Positions 19,920 through 29,635 are shown, numbered from the stretch's first letter. The stretch: 36,302 nucleotides of DNA from Gemmatimonadales bacterium (GCA_050732955.1 JBOHRY010000269.1:1-36302), one strand, 5' to 3'. The notes: generated from the letters alone by a model not told the origin. Translations and numbers: made by a program.

Positions 19920-21091
19920 TCGTCACACCGCTGTCGGACCGCGCCACCGCGGTTCGTGACGCCCTCCTGTCCCACGGATGGGAGGGCGATCTTGCGCGCC
20001 TCGCGGCGGGCGGCCTCGCCGTGGCGGCCTTCGAAGCGCGTGACCTCCCGCCCGGAACCACCGAAGCGATGCTGCCGGTCGCCGCTCGCCTCGGCCTCGA
20101 GCTGGTCACTGGCGACGACTGGCTGATCCTCGCGGGACCGCGTTCTCGCTTTGGGGCATTCGCCCGGCCATGGATGCAACCCGAACCGCTACGCGAACTC
20201 GCGACAGCGATCGGCCTCGCGCTTCCCGAAGACAATCATTCCTCCTGGCGCCACGCGCGCGGTGTCATCGACGTCGAACAAGCCGTGATGATCGGTGTGC
20301 TCAACGTGACGCCCGATTCGTTCGCCGAATCAGTCGCCGCGATCACGCCGGACGACGCACTTCGCCGCACTGACGCGCTGCTCGCTGGCGGCGCCTCGAT
20401 CATTGACGTGGGCGGAGAGTCGACGCGGCCGGGTGCCGAGCCGGTGTCGCTCGAGGTTGAGCAGTCCCGCATCCTGCCCGTGGTGGAGGCGATCGCGCGG
20501 GTCCACGCCACCGTGCCGATTTCGGTAGACACGGTGCACGCATCAACTGCCGCCCGTGCGCTCGACGCCGGCGCCACGATCATCAACGACGTGACGGCCG
20601 GCCGGCACGATCCAGCCCTGTTGACGGTGACGGCAACGCGACAGGCCGGAATCGTCCTGTCGCACTCGCGGGGACCGCTGGGTCAGTTGGCATCGTATGC
20701 CGCGGCCGCATATCAGGGCGACGTCGTCAGTGCGGTCGCCAGGGAAATCCGCGATGCGATGACGCTGGCTACCGCTGCCGGCATCAGCGCGGAGTCAATC
20801 GTCGTCGACCCCGGATTCGGGTTCGGCAAGACGCCGGAGCAGAGCTTCGCGCTGCTCGATCGACTGGATGCCATCGTGGCGCTCGGCCGGCCGGTGCTCG
20901 TCGGTGTCAGCCGCAAGCGGTTCCTCGGCGTGGCCTCGGGCCGGGCGGTCGACGATCGCGATCGCGCCACCGCCGCGGCGTGCGCGCTCGCCTTCGCGCG
21001 CGGGGCGCGGCTCTTCCGCGTTCATTCGCCGGAAGCGGTACGGGACGCGCTGGCAGTCGCCGAGGCGACCGTCGAGCGATCGCCGGCGTGA
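19916..21091 (+). CDS. folP: Dihydropteroate synthase with an N-terminal extension of about 110-120 aa
   Basis: The core begins at VMIGVLNVTPDSF and continues IIDVGGESTRPGA, SVDT, IINDV and DPGFGFGKT. GC3 is high through the upstream extension, and the GTG start overlaps the ftsH stop (GTGA). Confidence 0.88.
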   Translation: MIVTPLSDRATAVRDALLSHGWEGDLARLAAGGLAVAAFEARDLPPGTTEAMLPVAARLGLELVTGDDWLILAGPRSRFGAFARPWMQPEPLRELATAIGLALPEDNHSSWRHARGVIDVEQAVMIGVLNVTPDSFAESVAAITPDDALRRTDALLAGGASIIDVGGESTRPGAEPVSLEVEQSRILPVVEAIARVHATVPISVDTVHASTAARALDAGATIINDVTAGRHDPALLTVTATRQAGIVLSHSRGPLGQLASYAAAAYQGDVVSAVAREIRDAMTLATAAGISAESIVVDPGFGFGKTPEQSFALLDRLDAIVALGRPVLVGVSRKRFLGVASGRAVDDRDRATAAACALAFARGARLFRVHSPEAVRDALAVAEATVERSPA

Positions 21092-23466
21092 CAGCGCGCG
21101 TGCCGTACCGGACCGCCGGCATGGTCGTGCTGGCGGTGCTCATCGGCTACCTGATCTCGCTGGCGCCGACGGTGACGTTCTGGGACGCCGGCGACTTCAT
21201 CACCGCCGCCCACACGCTTGGCATACCACACCCTCCTGGCACGCCGCTCTTCGTGCTCCTCTCCGCAGTGTGGTTGCATCTGGTGCCGTTCGGCAACGAG
21301 GCGTGGCGACTCAACCTGTTCAGCGCCGTGTGCGGAGCTCTGGCCGCGGGCTGCTGGTTCCTGGTGACGCACGACATCATCGGCCGGTTGCATGTCGACG
21401 TCGACGCTGCATCCCGTCGCGGGTTGGCACTCGTCGGTGGACTCGCCGCCGCCGCGCTGAGCGCGTTCTCCTTCACCAACTGGCAGGACGCGAACGGCAC
21501 CGAGGTCTACGCGACCGCGAGTCTGGTGATCGCGCTGGTAGCCTGGCTGGCCATTCGCTGGCGTGCCCGGCGACGCGAGCCGGCGAGTTCGCTAATCCTT
21601 CTCGGCGCGCTCCTGTTGTGCGGCCTTTCGGTCGGTATCCACCTGATGGGGCTGCTGGCCGGGCCGGCGTTCATTGCCATGCTGATCGTCGAGGCACGGG
21701 GAGAACCGTTACTCGACCCCCTCGCATCGCGGGAGGAGTGGGCGCGGATCGGCGTCGTCGCCGCCGGCTGGCTCTTGCTGGTCGGCATCGGACTCGGCAA
21801 CACCGCACTGACTGTGGGCGCCGGCGTCTTGCTGATCATTGCCGGCGTGCGGGCCGCGGGAACACGGCAACTCGGATTCGCGCTGACCGTGCTGCTGATC
21901 GTCGTGGTCGGCGCGTCGACGCTGGCATTTCTCCTGATGCGAGCCCGGCAGCAGCCGTGGCTCAACCAGGGTAATCCGTCGACCTGGCACGACCTGCTCG
22001 GAGTGATCCGGCGCGCGCAATACCCGCCGCGGACGCCGTTCGACGATCCGACCGTGATGCACGGGCCGGGTAATCCGGGACGAAGCATCACGCTGTTGGG
22101 CTACCAGATCGCCAACTACGCCCAGTATTTCGACTGGCAATGGGCGGCGGGTATTGGAGACCTGACACGCGCATCAGTCATTCGCCTGATGATCACGCTT
22201 GTGATGGCGACGATCGGCATCCGGGGAGCCTTTGCTCAGCGGCGAGCAGATCGGTCGTCGTTCGCATTGATCGCAGGACTCTTCCTCGTCGCAGGGCCGG
22301 TGCTGGTGTGGTACCTCAACTTCAAGCCGGGTCCGTCGATCGGTTGGGACCGATGGACCAGTCTCGCCGGCCACGAAGTCCGCGACCGGGACTACTTCTT
22401 CGTGGTGAGCTTTGTGGCATGGGGCATCTGGGTTGCGATCGGCCTCGCGGACCTGGCGCGCGAGTGGATTCCGCGATTTCGTGCGCGCGGACGACAGCTT
22501 GCGGCGGGAGTCTTCGCCGTGGGACTCGTGCCTCTGGTGCTCAACTTCCGCGCGGCGACGCGTCGCCAGACGCCGGAAGCTACGCTGGCGCGGGATTTCG
22601 CCCACGCGCTGCTGCAGTCCGTGCCGCCCAACGCGGTGCTGTTCACCTGGGGCGACAACGACACCTTTCCCCTCTGGTACGTGCAGTCGGTGGAAGGTTT
22701 CCGCCCCGACGTCACCGTCGTATGCCTCGCGCTGGCGCAGACCGCCTGGTACATCAAGCAGATTCGCGACCGGCCGCATGTCGATGCGACGCACGCGATG
22801 CTCGCTCCAGTCTGGCGCGACGCGCCGCTGGTGCCGGTAACGCTGCCGCTTCACGGCATCACCGATGCGGCGATCGATGGGTTCGTCCCGTTCCGGGCGG
22901 GCGAAACGCTGCGGCTTGACCTCGGTGCGCACGGTGTCGCGAGCTTGCCGGCCGGGAGCATTGTGTGGCCGCGTGACATCGCGCTGAGTGAAATCCTGCG
23001 CCAGAATGCCGGACATCGCGCCGTGGCGTGGTCGATCAGCGCCGCGGATGCGCTCGACGGCCTCGGCCCTCATCTGGTGCAGGAGGGGCTGGCGCTCGTG
23101 ATGCCGATCGATACCGTCGATCCGCGCGGACTGGTGGCCGGGGCGGCAGCGGGCCCCGGTGGAACTCCACTCGATCTCGCCAACACGCGACGAATGATCG
23201 AAGGCTGGAACTTCGGCCGGCTCGAAACCGACGGACCACAAGGACTCGACCCCAATATCCGGGCGATCGCCTCGACCATCGCCGGGCCGATCACCCAGGT
23301 CGGCACGGCGTTGCTGATGCAGGGCGACACCAGCAGTGCAGTCCGCATGTTTCGCCGTGCGGCGCGACTGGGTGACGATTCGGTGGCCAAAGCAACGCTG
23401 ACGCGCCTCGGCCCTGCCGTCCTGCAGCGCGCTTCCGGGACGCGGACCGCCGATTCAACCCGTTAG
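21088..23466 (+). CDS. DUF2723-family polytopic membrane protein (TMEM260-like putative glycosyltransferase)
   Basis: N-terminal signature VTFWDAGDFITAAHTLGIPHPPGTPLF, at least 10 hydrophobic segments, and a large soluble C-terminal region. Start is GTG 21088 (GTGA overlap with the folP stop) or ATG 21118. Track start 20980 lies inside folP. Confidence 0.8.
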   Translation: MTARVPYRTAGMVVLAVLIGYLISLAPTVTFWDAGDFITAAHTLGIPHPPGTPLFVLLSAVWLHLVPFGNEAWRLNLFSAVCGALAAGCWFLVTHDIIGRLHVDVDAASRRGLALVGGLAAAALSAFSFTNWQDANGTEVYATASLVIALVAWLAIRWRARRREPASSLILLGALLLCGLSVGIHLMGLLAGPAFIAMLIVEARGEPLLDPLASREEWARIGVVAAGWLLLVGIGLGNTALTVGAGVLLIIAGVRAAGTRQLGFALTVLLIVVVGASTLAFLLMRARQQPWLNQGNPSTWHDLLGVIRRAQYPPRTPFDDPTVMHGPGNPGRSITLLGYQIANYAQYFDWQWAAGIGDLTRASVIRLMITLVMATIGIRGAFAQRRADRSSFALIAGLFLVAGPVLVWYLNFKPGPSIGWDRWTSLAGHEVRDRDYFFVVSFVAWGIWVAIGLADLAREWIPRFRARGRQLAAGVFAVGLVPLVLNFRAATRRQTPEATLARDFAHALLQSVPPNAVLFTWGDNDTFPLWYVQSVEGFRPDVTVVCLALAQTAWYIKQIRDRPHVDATHAMLAPVWRDAPLVPVTLPLHGITDAAIDGFVPFRAGETLRLDLGAHGVASLPAGSIVWPRDIALSEILRQNAGHRAVAWSISAADALDGLGPHLVQEGLALVMPIDTVDPRGLVAGAAAGPGGTPLDLANTRRMIEGWNFGRLETDGPQGLDPNIRAIASTIAGPITQVGTALLMQGDTSSAVRMFRRAARLGDDSVAKATLTRLGPAVLQRASGTRTADSTR

Positions 23467-23477
23467 ATTTGTGGGTT

Positions 23478-24161
23478 ATGTCGGAATCGGCACTTCCGGG
23501 GCGACTCGACGAAATCCGGTCGACGATCGCGAAGCGCCAGGCGGCGGGCGGGTGGACGCATCCGGTGCGCATCGTGGCGGTGACCAAAGGGCATGGTCCC
23601 GAGGCGGTGCGGACTGCCGCGGCAGCCGGTCTCGACAGCGTCGGTGAAAACCGGGTGCAGGAAGCACTGGAGAAACAGGAGCTCTGCGAGGGCGTGCCGG
23701 TCGAGTGGCACTTGATCGGTACGCTGCAGCGGAACAAGGTGCGTCTCGTGGTGCGCCGGTTCTCGCTGATTCATTCGATCGATCGGCTCGACCTGGCACA
23801 GGCGCTCGATCAACGGCTGGAACCTGGCGCGGTGCAGCCCGTGCTGGTGCAGGTCAACTGTTCGAACGAGTCACAGAAAGGCGGCGTCGAACCCGATGAT
23901 CTTCCGAGCTTGCTCGATGCGCTCCGTACTCTCGCGCGTCTCGAGGCGCGCGGCCTGATGACGATGGCCGCGTTCACCTCCGACGAACGCGAGCAGCGGC
24001 GATCATTCGCCTTGCTCAGGACGCTCCGCGATCGGGCCCGTGCGTCGGGTCACGCGCTCGCCGAGCTCTCCATGGGGATGTCCGGAGATTTTGCCGCCGC
24101 GGTCGAGGAGGGCGCCACGATGCTGCGCCTCGGCACCGTCCTGTTTGGCGCGCGGGAGTAG
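23478..24161 (+). CDS. yggS: YggS-family pyridoxal-phosphate homeostasis protein
   Basis: VRIVAVTKGHGPEAVRTAAAAGLDSVGENRVQEA..W.LIG.LQRNK...IHS.D and LSMGMSGDF..A...GATMLR.GT..FG. Confidence 0.9.
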   Translation: MSESALPGRLDEIRSTIAKRQAAGGWTHPVRIVAVTKGHGPEAVRTAAAAGLDSVGENRVQEALEKQELCEGVPVEWHLIGTLQRNKVRLVVRRFSLIHSIDRLDLAQALDQRLEPGAVQPVLVQVNCSNESQKGGVEPDDLPSLLDALRTLARLEARGLMTMAAFTSDEREQRRSFALLRTLRDRARASGHALAELSMGMSGDFAAAVEEGATMLRLGTVLFGARE

Positions 24162-24175
24162 GAGACGCACGCGCC

Positions 24176-27100
24176 GTGACCGACACCGTTGCGGTGGATC
24201 AGGGTGCGATGCACCGCCGTCCGACATGGCCGGATCGCGGTGCGGACGCGTTCGAGCGCGAACTCCTCGCCACCTGGGAGCGCGAGCACCTCTTCGATCG
24301 GGTTCAGCGTGCCACCGCCGACGGCGCGCCGTGGGTCTTCTTCGAGGGACCTCCCACCGCGAACGGTCGCCCCGGAATTCATCACGTCTTTTCCCGGACC
24401 ATCAAGGACATGGTATGCCGGTATCACGGCATGCTCGGTCAGCGGGTCACGCGGATCGGCGGGTGGGACACGCACGGTCTACCGGTCGAGCTCGAAGTCG
24501 AGAAGCAGCTCGGCTTCAAGGGAAAGAAGGACATCGAGGCGTTCGGCGTCGCGGAATTCAATCGCCGCTGTCTCGACAGTGTCTTCACCTATCGGGACGA
24601 ATGGGTCGATCTCTCCAATCGGATCGGGTACTGGCTCGATTACGAGCATGCTTACGTCACGTGCACCAAGGAGTACATCGAATCGGTCTGGTGGCTCCTC
24701 AAGCAACTCCACGAGAAGAACCTGCTTTATCGCGGGCATCGGGTCCTGCCATACTGCCCGCGTTGCGGCACCACGCTCTCGAGTCACGAACTGGCATTGG
24801 GGTACGAAGAAGTTCGGGACAAGTCGGTGTACGTCACGGTCCCACTCGCGGACGATTCGGGGCGCGAACTCGTGATCTGGACCACGACGCCGTGGACCTT
24901 GCCGAGCAATGTCGCGATCGCGGTGCACCCGGATCTCGACTACGGCACCTATCGCACCGTCGACGGGCGGCAACTCATCGTCGCGACGTCGCGCAGCGTG
25001 GTGCTGGAGCACGCCGGTGTCACGGGCGATCCGGTGGAAACCATTCCGGGAAAGGCTCTCGTCGGGCTGCGGTATCAGCGGCCGCTCGACCTGGTGCCAC
25101 TCCCCGACGCGGGCGAACACTCGATCGTGGTTTCCGGAGACTTCGTGAGCGCCGTCGACGGTTCCGGCCTGGTACACATGGCACCGGCGTTCGGATCGGA
25201 CGATTTTGCTGCGGGTCAGGCGCATGGTCTCGCCCTGCTCAGGCCCGTCGCCGCTGACGGCACATTCCAGGGCACCAACTGGCCCGAGCTCGAAGGCCAG
25301 CTCGTGACAGCCGATGCGACCAACGAGTTGATCATTCGCAAGCTCAAGGAAGTCGGTCGTCACTTCCGTACCGAACAGCATGTCCACAGCTATCCCCATT
25401 GCTGGCGGTGCCAGAGCAAGCTGATCTACTACGCGCGCGATTCATGGTTCGTCCGCACGTCGGCAGTGAAGGACCGGATGTCGCGGTTCAATGCCAACAT
25501 CGCGTGGCACCCGCCGGAGGTCGGCCAGCGCCGATTCGGCGAATGGCTGGCGGGAAACGTCGACTGGGCTCTCTCGCGTGAGCGGTACTGGGGAACCCCG
25601 TTGCCGATCTGGGTGAACGATCGCGATCCGGCATGCATCGAGGTGATCGGGTCGTACGAGGAATTGCGCGCGAAGTCCGGTGTGGCGCCCGAACGCGATC
25701 TCGACGTGCACAAGCCCTGGATCGACGAGATCACCTGGCCCGCACCGGACGGCGGGACCATGCGTCGTGTGCCGGAAGTGATCGACACCTGGTTCGACTC
25801 CGGCTCGATGCCGTACGCGCAGTGGCACTATCCATTCGAGCACCAGGCCGAGTTCGCGACGCACTTTCCCGCCGACTACATCTGCGAGGGAATCGATCAG
25901 ACGCGCGGCTGGTTCTACTCGCTGCTGGCGATCGCCACCGGTGTCTTCGACCGGCAGCCCTACCGCAACGTGATCGTCAACGAGCTCGTGCTGGATGCCC
26001 GCGGCCAGAAGATGTCGAAGAGCCGGGGCAATGTCGTCAGCCCATGGGAAATGATCGAGGCGCACGGCGCCGATGCCGTGCGACTCTACCTGCTGCTCTC
26101 GAGCCAGGTCTGGCAGCCGAAACGGTTCGATCCGGCGCAACTGGCCGAAACGGCCGGCCGTTTCCTCAACACCTTGCGCAATACCTACCAGTTCTTCGCG
26201 CTGTATGCGAGCGATCGCCAGCCGGCGGGAGAGCTGGCATTGACACGTGCCGACCGCTGGATCCTGGGTCGCCTCGACGCGACCGTGAGCGCGGTCCGCG
26301 CAGCGTTTGACGGATACGATGTCACCACCGCCACCCGTGCGATCGCCGAGTTCGTCGATGTCGATCTGTCCAACTGGTATGTGCGGTTGAATCGCGGCCG
26401 GTTCTGGGCACCGGACGGCGACGCCGATCCCGCGGCGACGGCGACACTCGCCGAGGCTCTCGTCACCACCGCGCGATTGCTGGCTCCGGCGGCACCGTTC
26501 GCGAGCGACTGGCTCCATCGGGCGCTCACGGGAGATTCCGTGCACCTGGCCGCGTTCCCGTCCGATCGCGGCCGGCTCGATCCGGACCTCGACCGCGCCA
26601 TGGGCGCGGTGCGCACGCTCGCATCGCTGGGACGGGCTGCGCGCGAGAAGGCCGGCTTGCGGGTGCGCCAGCCCTTGGCCTCGATCAAGGTCGCCGTGCC
26701 TCCGGGCGTGCAAGGTCCGACGTTCGACGCGCTCCTCCCGTTGCTCGCGACCGAAACCAACGTCAAGCGGGTCGAAGTCGTGGCTTCCGATGCCGACCTC
26801 GTCCGCCTTCGCGCCAAGCCCAACTTTCGCACGCTCGGCAAGAAGTTCGGTGCGGACGTGAAAGCCGTCGCCGCGTGTGCCGGAGCGCTCGACGCGGACG
26901 CGTTGCGGGGGCTGGAACGCGGCGAGTCGTGGCGTGGCACCGCCGCCGGGCGCGCCATCGAGCTCCTTCCGGAGGATGTCGTCGTCGAGCGCGACGTGGT
27001 GACCGATTGGCCGCTCGCCAGTGACGGGCCGTTCGTCGTGGCGCTCGATCCGGCCGTCTCGCCGGATCTGGCCAGTGAAGGATTGGCCCGCGAGCTCGTC

Positions 27101-27379
27101 AACCGCATTCAGCGTCTGCGCAAGGACGCCGGATTCGACGTCAGCAGTCGGGTGGCGTTGTCGATCGACGGGCACGCCGCGTTGCTCGAAGCTGCCGAGC
27201 GGCATCGCGACGCGATCAGTTTCGAGACGCTGACGCGGGAATTCCACGTCGGCCAGCGCCTGCCGACCTTCGACCGCGTCGAGGACATCGTCATAGATGA
27301 ATACGCCGCCGCCCTCGCGGTGCGGCGGATCGGGGACGGCCGGACCCTTTCCGGCCCAGCACCTTTGGACCACCCGTGA
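24176..27379 (+). CDS. ileS: Isoleucine--tRNA ligase (type 2, eukaryote-like class)
   Basis: 1067 aa. PPTANGRPGIHHVFSRTIKD (HIGH region), the editing domain, EGIDQTRGWFYSL, and KMSKSRGN. Confidence 0.97.
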   Translation: MTDTVAVDQGAMHRRPTWPDRGADAFERELLATWEREHLFDRVQRATADGAPWVFFEGPPTANGRPGIHHVFSRTIKDMVCRYHGMLGQRVTRIGGWDTHGLPVELEVEKQLGFKGKKDIEAFGVAEFNRRCLDSVFTYRDEWVDLSNRIGYWLDYEHAYVTCTKEYIESVWWLLKQLHEKNLLYRGHRVLPYCPRCGTTLSSHELALGYEEVRDKSVYVTVPLADDSGRELVIWTTTPWTLPSNVAIAVHPDLDYGTYRTVDGRQLIVATSRSVVLEHAGVTGDPVETIPGKALVGLRYQRPLDLVPLPDAGEHSIVVSGDFVSAVDGSGLVHMAPAFGSDDFAAGQAHGLALLRPVAADGTFQGTNWPELEGQLVTADATNELIIRKLKEVGRHFRTEQHVHSYPHCWRCQSKLIYYARDSWFVRTSAVKDRMSRFNANIAWHPPEVGQRRFGEWLAGNVDWALSRERYWGTPLPIWVNDRDPACIEVIGSYEELRAKSGVAPERDLDVHKPWIDEITWPAPDGGTMRRVPEVIDTWFDSGSMPYAQWHYPFEHQAEFATHFPADYICEGIDQTRGWFYSLLAIATGVFDRQPYRNVIVNELVLDARGQKMSKSRGNVVSPWEMIEAHGADAVRLYLLLSSQVWQPKRFDPAQLAETAGRFLNTLRNTYQFFALYASDRQPAGELALTRADRWILGRLDATVSAVRAAFDGYDVTTATRAIAEFVDVDLSNWYVRLNRGRFWAPDGDADPAATATLAEALVTTARLLAPAAPFASDWLHRALTGDSVHLAAFPSDRGRLDPDLDRAMGAVRTLASLGRAAREKAGLRVRQPLASIKVAVPPGVQGPTFDALLPLLATETNVKRVEVVASDADLVRLRAKPNFRTLGKKFGADVKAVAACAGALDADALRGLERGESWRGTAAGRAIELLPEDVVVERDVVTDWPLASDGPFVVALDPAVSPDLASEGLARELVNRIQRLRKDAGFDVSSRVALSIDGHAALLEAAERHRDAISFETLTREFHVGQRLPTFDRVEDIVIDEYAAALAVRRIGDGRTLSGPAPLDHP

Positions 27380-27759
27380 CCAAGACGCAATTGAAGCATC
27401 TGGAGAAGCGCCTGCTCGAAGAGCGGACTCGCGTGATGAAGGAGCTCGGCACGTACGATGAGTCCTTCAATTCGACGCTGCAGGGCGCCGACGGCGATCT
27501 CTCGTCCTACTCGTTTCACATGGCGGATCAGGGGACTGACGCCATGGAACGGGAGAAGCAGTTCCTTTTCGCGTCGCAGGAAGGCCGTTACCTCTGGCAC
27601 ATCAACGAAGCCCTGCGGCGGATGTACAATCAGCCCGATCAATTCGGCAAGTGTCATCAGTGCGGCGCGGAAATCGACTTCGAGCGGCTGGATGCCCTGC
27701 CGCACGCACGACTGTGTATCGCCTGCAAGGAGAAGGAAGAGGATGCCAAGCGCCGATGA
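27376..27759 (+). CDS. DksA/TraR-family C4 zinc-finger protein
   Basis: C-terminal CHQCGAEIDFERLDALPHARLCIACKEKEE (CxxC...CxxC) after a coiled-coil region. Occupies the conserved position between ileS and lspA. GTGA overlap with the ileS stop. Confidence 0.85.
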   Translation: MTKTQLKHLEKRLLEERTRVMKELGTYDESFNSTLQGADGDLSSYSFHMADQGTDAMEREKQFLFASQEGRYLWHINEALRRMYNQPDQFGKCHQCGAEIDFERLDALPHARLCIACKEKEEDAKRR

Positions 27760-28249
27760 GGCGAGCCGGCCGTTCTGGGCGGTGATGACGTTCACCGTCC
27801 TGCTCGACCGGGTGACCAAGGTCATCGCCGAGCGGACGCTGGGCGACAGCGGCGTACCGCTCATCGGCAACGCGGTGCAATTCCGGCTGGTGCACAATCA
27901 GGGCGCGGCCTTCGGCCTCGAACTGGGAATCTGGCAGCGCTGGATCTTCATCGTCATCGCGCTGGTGGCGATCGTCTGGCTGTATCGCGCCGCGAGGCAC
28001 GCGCCCGCCTCCGACCGGCTGCGGCAGCTTGCCGTGGCGTTCGTTGCGGGCGGTGCCGCCGGCAACCTGGTCGACCGGCTGCTCTCGGCGCGCGGCGTGG
28101 TGGATTTCATCGACATCGGCGCCGGCACGTTGCGCTGGCCGACCTTCAATGTCGCCGACATTGCCGTGACGTGCGGTGCCGTCGCACTGGCCTTCTCACT
28201 CTGGCGCGAGGATGCGCGCCGCGTTCCCGTTCCCTCCTCACCTGCCTGA
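27743..28249 (+). CDS. lspA: Lipoprotein signal peptidase (signal peptidase II)
   Basis: DRVTK, FRLVHNQGAAFGL, GGAAGNLVDRL, VVDFIDIG and PTFNVADIAV. The start was set at ATG 27743, not track start 27458. Confidence 0.9.
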   Translation: MPSADEASRPFWAVMTFTVLLDRVTKVIAERTLGDSGVPLIGNAVQFRLVHNQGAAFGLELGIWQRWIFIVIALVAIVWLYRAARHAPASDRLRQLAVAFVAGGAAGNLVDRLLSARGVVDFIDIGAGTLRWPTFNVADIAVTCGAVALAFSLWREDARRVPVPSSPA

Positions 28250-29264
28250 GTCGCCCGCGCCGTCGCTGACGTTCTGCGTCACCGTCGCGCTGACCGAGCG
28301 CATCGATCGCTTCCTTGCCGATCAACTGGGAATGTCCCGCACGCAATCGGCGCGGCTGATTGCTGCGGGATGCGTCGCGATCGACGGCATCTTGGTGCGC
28401 GCGTCACGCGTGCTCGTGCGGGGTGAAGTGGTCGCCATCCAGTTGCCGGAGCAGGAACCCCCGCGTCAGATCACGCCGTCCGATATCGCACTCGACGTGG
28501 TGTACGAAGACGATGCCCTGGCGGTCATCGACAAGCCGGCCGGGTTGGTGGTGCATCCGGCCCCGGGTCACTGGGGCGACACCCTCGTCAACGCGTTGGT
28601 CGCCCGCGGGACGACGCTGTCAGGCGGCGCCGAGGGTCGCCCCGGAATCGTTCACCGGCTCGACCGCGACACCTCCGGCCTGATCATCGTCGCCAAGACG
28701 GACCTGGCGCACCGGCGACTGGCCGGGATGATCGCGGCCCGGCGCGTGGCGAGGGTCTATGCCGCGCTGGTCTGGGGTCACCTCGACCAGAGTCCGCTCA
28801 CGATCGATGCGCCTATCGCCCGCGATCTCCGAGACCGCAAGCGGATGGCGATACTTCCCGGGGGCCGCCGGGCGCAGACCGACGCCTTTGTCATCGCCCG
28901 GCTCGGCTCCGTGGACCTGCTCCGGCTCGAATTGCTGACCGGGAGAACCCATCAGATCCGGGTGCACCTGCAATCGGTCGGTCACCCGGTGGTCGGGGAC
29001 GCCGTCTACGCGGCAGGCGGGGCTCAGCGGATCGGCGGGCCCGCCCGACTCGAGGCCAGGCGGCTGGAATCCCTGGCTCCCAGACAGGCGCTCCATGCCG
29101 CGCTTCTGGCGTTCCGCCACCCGATCAGCGGATCGCCCCTGCGCTTCCGTTCGCCATGGCCAGCCGATCTCTGGCCGCTTCTCGAGGCGGCGGCGGGAGC
29201 TGGGCACTTGAGCACCCGGGAGGAGGCCTTGGCGGCGATGGGGTTCTTCCGTAACGATGACTGA
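28212..29264 (+). CDS. rluD: RluA/RluD-family 23S rRNA pseudouridine synthase
   Basis: S4-like RIDRFLADQLGMSRTQSARLIAAGCVAIDG. Catalytic motif GIVHRLDRDTSGLIIVAKT, then GRTHQIRVHL and LHA. The start at ATG 28212 is tentative because it overlaps the lspA 3' end. Confidence 0.88.
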   Translation: MRAAFPFPPHLPESPAPSLTFCVTVALTERIDRFLADQLGMSRTQSARLIAAGCVAIDGILVRASRVLVRGEVVAIQLPEQEPPRQITPSDIALDVVYEDDALAVIDKPAGLVVHPAPGHWGDTLVNALVARGTTLSGGAEGRPGIVHRLDRDTSGLIIVAKTDLAHRRLAGMIAARRVARVYAALVWGHLDQSPLTIDAPIARDLRDRKRMAILPGGRRAQTDAFVIARLGSVDLLRLELLTGRTHQIRVHLQSVGHPVVGDAVYAAGGAQRIGGPARLEARRLESLAPRQALHAALLAFRHPISGSPLRFRSPWPADLWPLLEAAAGAGHLSTREEALAAMGFFRNDD

Positions 29265-29619
29265 CGGGGCCAAGGCAGTCGAGGGACTGGTGGTGCGCGT
29301 GGCCGGGGTCCAGCGCTACCTGCCAATTGCAAGCGTCATAGAGGTATTGCGAGAAGTGAATATCATCAGGGTCCCCGGCGCTGTTGCCGCGGTCCTGGGG
29401 ATGGTGAATCATCGGGGTCGGGTCATCGCCGTGGCCGATGCGCGCCAGGCGCTAGAACTCATCGGCGATCCGACGACCGGCCGCGACATCGTGGTGGTGC
29501 AGTGGCGGGAGCGGCGATTCGGCGTGGCAGTCGACGCGGTCGTCGAGCTGATGGGTGAGGCGCGCACGGGGCTTGCAGAGATCGACCTGGATCGCATCGC
29601 GGCGGCTGTTTTCGCCTGA
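29257..29619 (+). CDS. cheW: CheW-like coupling protein (short, 120 aa)
   Basis: The pattern matches a CheW domain: LVVRVAGVQRYLPIASVIEVLREVNIIRVPGAVAAVLGMVNHRGRVIAVADARQAL...VVVQWRERRFGVAVDAVVEL. The ATG sits 8 nt inside the rluD 3' end. Confidence 0.8.
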   Translation: MTDGAKAVEGLVVRVAGVQRYLPIASVIEVLREVNIIRVPGAVAAVLGMVNHRGRVIAVADARQALELIGDPTTGRDIVVVQWRERRFGVAVDAVVELMGEARTGLAEIDLDRIAAAVFA

Positions 29620-29629
29620 GGTCTCGAAC

Positions 29630-29635
29630 GGAGGA
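29630..29635 (+). promoter_or_regulatory. Shine-Dalgarno GGAGGA, 4 nt upstream of the cheY GTG
   Basis: cGGAGGAtgctGTG. Confidence 0.5.

Noticed and set aside
24040-25257. Same-strand, out-of-frame long ORFs, for example 24040-25257 (405 aa), 20868-21974 (368 aa), 15063-15914 (283 aa), 32940-33914 (324 aa), 31797-32672 (291 aa), 728-1729 (333 aa) and 9866-10687 (273 aa)
   Set aside because: They overlap confidently assigned genes in another frame. They are extremely Arg/Ser/Pro-rich with no motifs, so there is no evidence for overlapping genes.
25442-27373. 643-aa minus-strand ORF antisense to ileS
   Set aside because: ileS on the + strand is unambiguous (HIGH and KMSKS motifs). The antisense product is Arg/Gly/Pro-rich without motifs, so it is a shadow ORF.
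29100-29260. Search for a sigma-28 type promoter (TAAA-N15-GCCGATAA) ahead of cheW, inside the rluD 3' end
   Set aside because: No convincing match was seen by eye; only partial GCGATG or GCCGAT strings occur, without an upstream TAAA box.
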